Assembly (NCBI GenBank): GCA_002269645.1
Contig: NIVC01004205.1
Span: forward strand, 1-55,398
DNA: 55,398 bases
Source: Macrostomum lignano
Taxonomy: Eukaryota
Direction: 5' to 3'
Shown here: one piece after another, positions 1 through 9,206 of the stretch
Layout: the number at the start of each line of letters is the position of its first letter
Position numbering within the stretch: the first letter of the stretch is position 1
The notes under the pieces: generated by a model
What the model was told of the DNA's origin: nothing
Databases searched by the model: none
What the model saw: the letters and a program-made list of their open reading frames with translations, nothing else
Made by a program: the position numbers and the translations under genes

Positions 1-783
1 ATTTAAAATGTTCAAATTGGGGGTGTAAAAGTAGACTACTGGCAGTAGGATGCAGCCTAAATGCTACTAAATTCTCAGTATTATTGTTCGTCTTTTGTGG
101 TGTGTTTGCTTGTGCTTTTGGTTGTCAGCTGCACTTCGAATTAAATCTGTGGCTCTGTTTGGAGTCCCAATCAAAAATGAAGTTTTGATGTCCAATTCTA
201 GATTTGCTTGTTTCTTAGAAATTTGCATATTGTCTATGGCACAACCTGTCCTAAATCCCTAGGCTAATCTATAAACTTTGGATATCCGTTATCTAACTAG
301 TTCCAGTTAGTTCCAAAACTATACTGAATTCAAGAACGACGTACATGTTAGACATTGGCTGAACCATTTGATTTCTGAACTCAACAAATGTAAATGTAAT
401 GTACAATTTAAACAACACATTGTAAATATATAGCTGATATACTCTAGTTAGCGCCAGAAAGATTGCCTTCCAACTTTGGAACTTAACGAAAAACTCTTCT
501 TGATTAGTTACATGTAAAAGGAAATGGGGGTCAATAGCCAATACAAACTATATCCACAGTCATCATGAATACAACAGCTTCTATAGCCCCCTAACGATTT
601 TGTCGTAACCTTTTATAAATCAGATAGGGCAGTTGGGCCGAACCGTCACTTTCGGAAGGAATATTGTTTATGGGGAAGATCTCAGATTATTTAGAACAGC
701 TTTTTTTACAAATTTATTGCCTCTTATTTAAGTGTATTTGCAATGCGCTAGTCGCATATACAAAAGTTAACTCGTCTAAAACC

Positions 784-3109
784 ATGCCTGAGGCTGACGT
801 CGAGGATCCAGAGCCAGTGCAACAGCAGCAAACGAAGCTGTTTAACCAGTCTATTCCAGAAGAGTTGGAAGCTCGCATTCTCAATCTGCTGGACCTAAAA
901 AGTGTCATTCGATGTCGCCTGTTGAGCCAGAAATGGAAGAGCTCTGTCGACAGGCTCTACGGTCGTTGGGGCGCCGTGGCGAGAGTAATGGGCTTTGCGA
1001 ATCCGGAAAGCGACAGTGAGAGCGGAGAGAGACTCGGACTGCCTATGCTGCTCAAGATGCTTCACGGAGACTGGTGGTTTCAGTGCAGTCTCTGTCCAGT
1101 TGAAGCTGAAGCAGATATGAATCCAGTTAGTTCTGATGCACCTGCAGACAGTGAACAAAAGTTAGCATGGGTGGTAAGCTGCTTTCGAACTTTTTGTAAT
1201 CATACACTTATACAGCGTTGAAATTTACAGCGTTATAATTCCGTATAACTGTGCTTTACAAGCGCCAATCCTTATTTAGCGAACACATTTTAGTATATGG
1301 ATTACAAAGCACTCGTGTAGCCTGGAACACTTCCGTACAGCAATCGGACTCCGGCGAAGTCTGACCGACGTTCCCGACGTCTATCGACGTCGATGACCAA
1401 TATATGCCTTTACATTACATCGACGGATAACGACGCTATACGTCGACTGAACGTCGATAAAAATAAAAAGTACATTTCTGCCATCGAAGTTCGATTGTTG
1501 TATGGGACTGTCGCAAATGACCTAAACGATTTTTTTGCTTTGCTAAGTTTCCTGTGGTTTTTCAGAAATTGAGAATGTGGGCTTAGTTATGGCTGGGTTT
1601 ACGTAAAATTCTCACAGAAAGTTATAATGCTATAGCTATGCTTCTCTCCGTCATCCATTCTATGTCCAGTGCTTCTGCTCAACGACGAGCAGTAAAAAAT
1701 TATGCCTGCAGTTTCTGCTTGTGACAGCCTTCGACCGACGCAATTCGTATTTGCACAAGTGGCGACTCCGTCTGCCTGAGTATCCTGTGACCTGGACTCA
1801 AGTAGGGAAGGCCAGTGAGACGCAAATCGGCTGGCTTGTCTGCGTTTCTGTATCGGACCGGGTGTCAGCGACCGAAGATTCTTCAAGTTCTAGTTCTACT
1901 CGTGAAAGTACCCATCATTCTCCCAATGAAAACGAAGCCAAAAATAAAAAACCCGATCGCACCTGGCTGCCACAGGGAAATTGGGTCGCCATTGTACCGC
2001 TGGAGAAGCGCAGATCTGGGCCCGCAGTGCCCCTTTGTTTGCTGCCATTGCCATCCAAAGAAGCAATTGTTGGCCTGGAAGCTTACAAATGTGACACTAG
2101 CAGTTGTGACTTGGTGCACTTGCTTATATTGACCGAAACCTTCGTACTGCTCTACTCATTGCCCATTGAAGCCATGAAAGCTGATCAGTTTGAAAATCCG
2201 GTATTTCTGAATGGACCAGACTCAACTGTTGGAATTAACAATGGAAGTCAACTTAGTCGGCAAAATCGAAGCGCGCAATCGATTATCGGCGCATTCGGCA
2301 TGTATGAGGTAACAAAAACTTCGAACTTTGTGCCAGCTGTCGATCGGTACTTTGCTGTCCTGGGTGGCAGCAAAGAATCTTGGCAGAGCGATGATACAGT
2401 ACCTCGCTGCTTTACGTTCATATCACTGATGCGTTCAAGGTGTCAGACTTTGGAGCAGATGAGTCAGGTTCAACTCGGCAACGGTCAGATCGGAGAGTTT
2501 CTGTTAACAAGTACAACAGAAAGTGAATATTATTTGGGCATTTTAGAAAACGGAAATATCCGAGTCGCCAAGGTCGTTCTCACTCCACCAAGAAGACTTG
2601 AGCTAGCATTCGACGAATGTTGTTACAAATGCTCGGAAGTGATTTTCCGGTCAACACAAGGAACGAAACTGTTTGAAAGGGGTAGCAAGTTTTTTTATGT
2701 AATTTACTGCAAACATTTCCCATCCGATCCGAAAACCTTGCTATTTATTTACCGGATTGGTCAGTCAAGACCAGTATTAACTGTCAATCTCGAAGCGACA
2801 ATGCCAGAAGCGGTAATTACCGACTTTAGAAGAAACGGCATCATTGCTAACTACGGCGGTCAATGGCTAGATAAAGGCTTAACCGTGACGGACAAGAGCG
2901 AGTTGCAGCCACTGCTGGCCATCATCTGGAAATATGGCTTCGATTTGATGATCAGCTGGACTACAAGCCCTCAGCAACAGACAAGCCTCTGCTCCGTTGC
3001 GCGTGTTGTTTCAGATTTGCGTGACAACTGCCGAGGATTCAAAAAAATCTCACCAAGTCACGATTTTATCAGCAGATCATTATTAGCGACACTTTTGAAC
3101 GACGTTTGA
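784..3109 (+). CDS. F-box protein, two exons join(784..1173,1712..3109), ~595 aa; C-terminal region unassigned
   Basis: F-box motif SIPEELEARILNLLDLKSVIRCRLLSQKWKSSVD near the N-terminus. Phase-0 donor GTG|GTAAGC at 1174 and acceptor CCTGCAG|TTT at 1711 join the two track ORFs in frame (..KLAWV|FLLVTAFDRR..). Confidence 0.8.
1328..1510. mobile_element. Short foldback/MITE-like element in the F-box intron
   Basis: Imperfect 23-26 bp terminal inverted repeats: TTCCGTACAGCAATCGGACTCCG (1331-1353) versus the reverse complement of 1485-1507. Interior is rich in CGACG/CGTCGA. No clear TSD. Confidence 0.5.
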
Positions 3110-3689
3110 CCTACCTGATGTGTGCAAAAAGGATCAAAGTTGTCCTTTTTAAGTTTTGGAAAGTAACACTTTTTTCATTCAGAAGAATTCACAAGAATTC
3201 TGCTACGAGCTCGTAGAATAGTCAGCTTGCATGACATCAATACGATGATAACTAACATATTTTTATCTCATAATTCCTATCAAACTAGTTATTGGCTGCT
3301 TAATAATAATGTAATCCACTCTGCCTGTGCGCCTCGTCTATTCCCCCAGTGTTAAATGAGCGGAGATAATCAGTAACGTAACTCCGCTACCATAGACAAA
3401 GACATCCGTGCCATACATGGCTAGCGGAGATAACTCATTATCTCCGGCGGAGATAAGGCGTTATATTCGGGTCGCACATGCCGTGGATTACATACAAAGA
3501 ATCGCCTGATACGAGGAGATGAGCCATACAGAATCTTCTCGCGATTCTTGTTTATAGTCTCGTAACTGTTTTTAAATGCATCTGCCTTAATTGGGCCAGC
3601 CGACAATCGACAGCTCAGCAGCAGCTATTGCGCGGCGCATCTACGAGTGAAGGCTGCGTACGGCTGTTCAGTCCAAGGATTGGGGGGGG

Positions 3690-3860
3690 GGGTTGCCACA
3701 CACACTCTCAATTACCCCAGCTAATGCTAGTACCCATTTCACAGCTGGGTGAACTGAAGCAATGTAGAGTTAAGTGTCTTGCTCAAGGACACAAATTGTT
3801 CCAGTGGGATTGGGAATCGAACTTCCAACCTAGTCGTGAGTCCGACGCTCTAACTCCTTC
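3690..3860 (-). mobile_element. tRNA-derived CORE-type (MIR-like) SINE
   Basis: The minus strand reads GAGTTAGAGCGTCGG (A-box-like)..GTTCGATTCC (B box), then TTGTGTCCTTGAGCAAGACACTTAAC..CAGCTGTGAAATGGG, which resembles the CORE-SINE core. Confidence 0.75.
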
Positions 3861-5091
3861 TATAATTGACCGCGTAAATAGTACAAATAATAGCGCATTA
3901 ATAAGTGCGATATATAGGAATGTTTGGCGAATGAGAGAGTAAGGGAGGGGGAGAGAGGGATTCTCGACCTTAGTTTTGTCTTTCTTAGCACCTCAAAAGG
4001 GGCGAGCCTAGCATGCAAAAGATTAAACAGGTTCAAAACGCCAGCTAGAGATAGAGTTGAATTTTCTGCTTCCGTCGGGGCGGACTGCAGACGAGGTGAT
4101 CGGGGGTTCGGGTACTGGACTGCCCAGAGCTTGCCGGGTGTGATAGGCGAGAGAGTACTATAGTGACCCCCGAGGCGTACGGACACTTTGAGGTGGAAGT
4201 GGAGAGGCTGGGAGCGTACAGACACTCGTCCAGCCGAGTTTTGAGGGAGGTGCGGATGAGGAGGCTGTACAAGCAGGTAGCCACTCAGCAGCAGCAGAGG
4301 TGAGCACGGGTCTGGAGGCGAACAGACACTTCGCAGACCCGAAGGAAGACGGTGGCGAGGGAAGTGGTAATGAGGATAGGACAAATGAATGAAAGCTATC
4401 ACTGTCTTACCGGGCGGGGTCACTTGACACGCTCATACCAGCGTGGCCTCTATATTTTACTCTGCTCAACCGTCGCTGACTCGCGCAAGCACAAAGGTAC
4501 GTAGCAGTATAGAGAGCAGGGCGGGACAGACCCGGGCGAGGGCCGCGCGGGCACACAAATACTGGTTGAGAGCAGGGGGCTGGGTGGGGCTAAGCCACAC
4601 AGGGCTGGGGGGGGGTGGTGGGCAAAACTCACAGAGTTGAAGGACGAGAGAGAGAGAGAAGGGGGAAGGCTAGCCAATCAGGTGCCTCCGCGGCGAGACA
4701 TATGATTGGACTAGCCCAAATGAGAGAGAGAGATGAAAAGACGCCAGCCAATGAAAATGTGTGCAAGGGCAAGGGCATTGCGAGGCGCAGCTCACTACAC
4801 GAGTGACAGTTGACGAAGCCTCTTGGCGTTTAGTACGAGTAGATAGATACGCAAGTTAAATACAATACAAACAAAGATTGTTACATAACTGGGTATAAAA
4901 GATAGAGACAAGTGGAAAGCACGCACGTACATGCTGTACAATAGCAATCCCCCAACCCCGCTCTACCGACTAGCGCATACAAGTACACTTGCAACTCAAC
5001 TACACTATTCCGATAAAAAGTCATCTATTAAATACTCGTAAATATTATTAGTCTGAAAACTATGAAAATAGTATGTAGGCCTTCAGCAGCA

Positions 5092-5362
5092 ATGCATCTA
5101 ATAATTCAGCAGCACTTATCCGACACTACACTGCACGGGCTAATTGTGTACTTTACTGGGGACCGCCGGCTCTGCATCAAGTTGTTCTGGCTTCTGGCAG
5201 GGCTGACTTCGTTCTCCTATTATTCCTTTTATATCCTTGTGACGCCTATACGAAAGATTTATTAGCAAAGGGATTGCCTACGAACTACACCTGTTCAGGC
5301 CACACCTAGAATTTGAGTTCCCGGATGTGTACATTTACAACGGGAAACCCTTTCTCTGGTAG
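5092..5362 (+). pseudogene. Truncated, frameshifted DEG/ENaC N-terminal fragment, paralog of the gene at 5907
   Basis: MHLIIQQHLSDTTLHG..KLFWLLAG and, in another frame, HLEFEFPDVYIYNGKP match SSVHG..KTIWLVAL and HLDFEFPDVYVCNEKP of the downstream channel. Stops follow and I see no further channel homology. Confidence 0.75.
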
Positions 5363-5906
5363 CTATACACGACTCTTGGATTAAAAGACCTTGCTTGGAA
5401 ATTGTCAATAATACAAGCGTAGACGTACAGCAGCCTAGACAACTGAATTTACTGTACACCACAAATGCCACTTGTCAAAACCAAATAGAATGCTTGATTG
5501 GACTCTGTCTGAGCACATCTTAACAGAACTATACTAGAAGCAAGAAATTGTAAATTCTATTGACATAGTCGTTGCAATAGAGTACTGGCCTTTTGTGTTT
5601 CAGTTGAGAGGCTAATTCTGCCAGTACTTGCGGATTTTTATAGTCTCAAACAGCATACAGTTTCTTTATACATTGTTCTCCTCTTCAAAAGGTGTCTCTA
5701 TTACAAATAGACTTGAGATATGTAGCTTTCAACTAGCACTTGTTTGGAGGTTTAATGCAAACTTAATTTTCCCAAGGCCTTGGCAACTGAAACTCATGGA
5801 GCCGCAAAATAATAAATGAACGGCCCGACTGTGAAACAAGAAATATTTCATTCCTAGCCGCCTGCAGCAGCCGACTTTTTCTGCAACAGTTGAGAGCCTT
5901 GCAATC

Positions 5907-7544
5907 ATGCGTGCATCATTGATAAACTGCATCAGCGAGAGCTCTGTTCACGGCATAGTCCGACTGTCAAGCAATCGAAAGGCTTACGTGAAGACAATCT
6001 GGTTGGTGGCTCTCTTTCTTTCTTTCGGCTACTGCATTCAACGAATCTACGACGCCTGTAGTAGGTATTCGAGAGGAGACGTTGCTACTACTATTAAGGA
6101 GAATCATTTGGATTTTGAGTTCCCAGATGTGTATGTCTGCAACGAGAAGCCGATTTCTGCCAGCCAACCTGCTTATCTAAGTGATGAAGACTCCAGGATA
6201 CTGAATCGGTATAGAAGTATGGTTCGAACCGCGTGGCAGAATTCGCACCAGAAGACTCACAGAGTGCGCTTAATACATACACCGTTAGGCTAGTAAACAG
6301 CCTACCGTTTAGATTCTTGTCGGACAAGTTGGGCCACCAACTGTCGTCCGTGCTTTATGTCTACGTAGCAGGTAAGGAAGAATGGAATCTATCTGTCGTG
6401 CGCAGCTCATATTTCATAAACTGTTTTGGATTGAATATCACAAGCAAAGAACGTTCAGCTCTACAAAATCCGAACAATGTGGTTCAGCTGGTTCTGTTTC
6501 TGGATTCAAATCCTCCACCCCAGTTAAGAGAAGTGGGGATGAAGATATACACGACTTTTACGGCCACAATTTAAATCTGAGACCTTTTGATTGGAATGTT
6601 ATATATGGCACTGATTTCGCTGTGCCAATCGGCTGCAGAATCTTTCTAACTCCGAAAGGCAAGCATCCGAGCGAGATGGACACGCAAGTGCTCGTGGGGC
6701 CAGCCCACAAGCATTCGATTCAGATCGAGATGCAAGACAAAGTGTACACGTCGGAAGATTTTCCCGACAAATGTAAGACAAAAACTGAAGAAAGTACAGC
6801 TCAGTTTGTTGATCAGTACACGGGAAATATGGTCACGATAGAGTACAGTCAAGCAGTGTGCTGGTACCGCGAAGTTGCTCGGTTGTCCTTGGAGAGATTC
6901 AATTGTAGCGTTTATCCCATTATGACTCCGTGGGAGTACCGGTCTCTATCATCGTGCTTTAACCTATCGAGAGTACAGACTGACATTATCATCGATTCAG
7001 TAATGATTTTATCAATTGCGAATTTGCTGGACGCTGCCACAAAGAATTGCGAACGAGATGTCCCGTGTAGAAACCGTGTTTACAGTTACAGGCACTCAGC
7101 TAGCAGCTGGCCCTCCGTGCGCAATTGGCAAGAATTTATCATTCCGGCTTTGCTGACTTCTTACGACATGTCGAATAGTGGTCCTGGGCTTTCACAGCTT
7201 ATCTTCAACAGCACAATGGAGGAAGTCAAACAGTCCATTTGCAGATTGAGTTGGAAGCTTCTTCTCGTAGAAGCCAAGAAGTTCAACTGTCTCTGGCGTA
7301 CAGCTTCAACTCTTTGATTGCCGACATTGGCGGTCTGCTTGGGCTGTTCATGGGCATGTCGCTGTTGTCTATTTTAGAGCTGCTGGAGTTGGCGCATAGC
7401 TTTGCTATCAATGCTTTCGATGCTATCAGACTGCCGCTAGCGAAGTGGTCAAGAAAGAATACCCAGCCAGACTTGGAAATAGTTGAAAATTTTAACGATG
7501 AGCGAAGTGGTCCAGAGTCGTTTATTGAATGCACGGATGCATAG
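5907..7544 (+). CDS. DEG/ENaC (amiloride-sensitive sodium channel family) subunit, intronless, ~546 aa after correcting three frameshifts
   Basis: Pre-TM1 HG motif (SSVHG), TM1, FPDVYVCN, Cys-rich extracellular region, and TM2 LIADIGGLLGLFMGMSLLSILE with a G-M-S filter. Four overlapping ORFs are joined by single-base deletions at ~6270, ~6538 and ~7240, each in a short homopolymer. Confidence 0.88.
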
Positions 7545-9206
7545 ATTCTTAAGTACTTTGTGACACCGATTCACCGCTTGCAGTGACAGAACCACATCTG
7601 CAGTTATACGAGCTAATATTCAATACTTTTTATTTATTTCGAATGAAACTTAAACTCCGGACCTGAGCGAGGAGCAAATTATTTTAACAAGCATACACAC
7701 AAAGACGCATACAGACCACACACAAGGAGATCTTCTTTTCTTGCCTCCTTTTATCAATAGTTCTCTGACACAGTTAAATTTATTTAACAAATATATAAAT
7801 TTAACAAATAAGTCTGCAATCTAAATCTTCTAAATACAACCCATAGCGACTTTATGTGAATAACAACTATAATATTATAATATGCTACTGTACATGCAAG
7901 TAGTAACGTAAGCGTAATGACTTTTGGTTGCAGTGAATTTTTCAGTGAACCATTTTTAAGGCAACACTGGTTTCAGGTAGGTGATGGAAGCTCAAATTTT
8001 ATTTTGAATAAAACAAAAAGTCAAAAGATCAAGCGAGTTATTGATGATGCTGATAAGGGTTCGTTTAAAGTGGCCTTTTTCGTAACAGTATATTTTATCA
8101 TTATATTTGTAAGTACCTGTAGCGAAATTGCATTACACACTGATCACGAAAGCTGACCAGAAGGTACGAGCGTGTATTGAGAGAAAGCTACATGTCAAAA
8201 ACTTTAAAAGTACATTTTGCAGACTGATGATTTTTTCATCTCTATGTTGAGCCTGTAATGATGTATTGCTTTAATAGACAAGTAGATGAGGTTGCAAGTG
8301 AGACGATAAAGTCGGTTGCCAACTAACCCTGATGAATTTTGAAAGGAATGTTGGAATCAACTGGTGAAAAAATATTACTTGATCAGTTAAACAAAGCTTG
8401 ACGAAGGAATTTCGTTAAATTGTGATTATTTAGTCAATGCCTGACAACAGGAAAAGTTTCTAGAAATTGGAAATAACAAGTTTGGTGGTCAATTTGCAGA
8501 ATGAAATGAGATGGTTTTTATTAACTGACGCAAAAAATCATATCGAAAAAATGATACAGGCCTTAATAAATTTACGTAAACACACGGCATCGAAAACGTG
8601 AGTTTCATTGCAACAAAACGCCAGCAAATTGAGCTGGGAACGGTCAAATGTTAGCACAGATATAAGCGGTGCAAAAGTAAAACAAAGTGGGTAGCCGCTA
8701 GTAAGTAAAATATGTAAATACGGCTGAGCAAATGTAAGGGGTAAGAAAAATATTTAGAGTCCAATCACCAAAGAGACGCGTTGCGCGGGGCAGGGAAGCG
8801 AATTAAATCAACAAAATTTTTCAGCGGAAATAAATCGTGCAATCAAAAGTTAAATCATGCCAGCTTATACGATAAATAATTAATCCCGTTATTTCTTTAA
8901 AGACCCAACAAGGCAGAGAAACAGACAGACAAAAATTAATCAAGAGCTCCCGACACTCCAAGGTGATAAAGTAAGCAAAATGAGCAAAATAATAAGTGCA
9001 CAAGTTTTTCTATAGACAACTCGTTGTGAGCCAAGCATGGGAATGGAACCGAGAGGCGGCGACATTAGGAATCAAAAGTCTTGTTTACATGGGAGAGCTT
9101 ATGAAATAGTCCGAATTGCGATAAATATATGAAAATAATACAATGATTTTCAAAGATAGAACTTGTTTACGCGCATAAAGTTTTAAAAGGACTCCGCGGT
9201 ACTCAT

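Noticed and set aside
293-541. 82-aa minus-strand ORF
   Set aside because: AT-rich, non-ATG start, no motif.
3880-4810. Purine-rich, semi-coding-looking stretch (similar texture at 12170-13480)
   Set aside because: Short frames are broken by stops and I recognise no domain or termini; may be a decayed transposon, needs tBLASTx.
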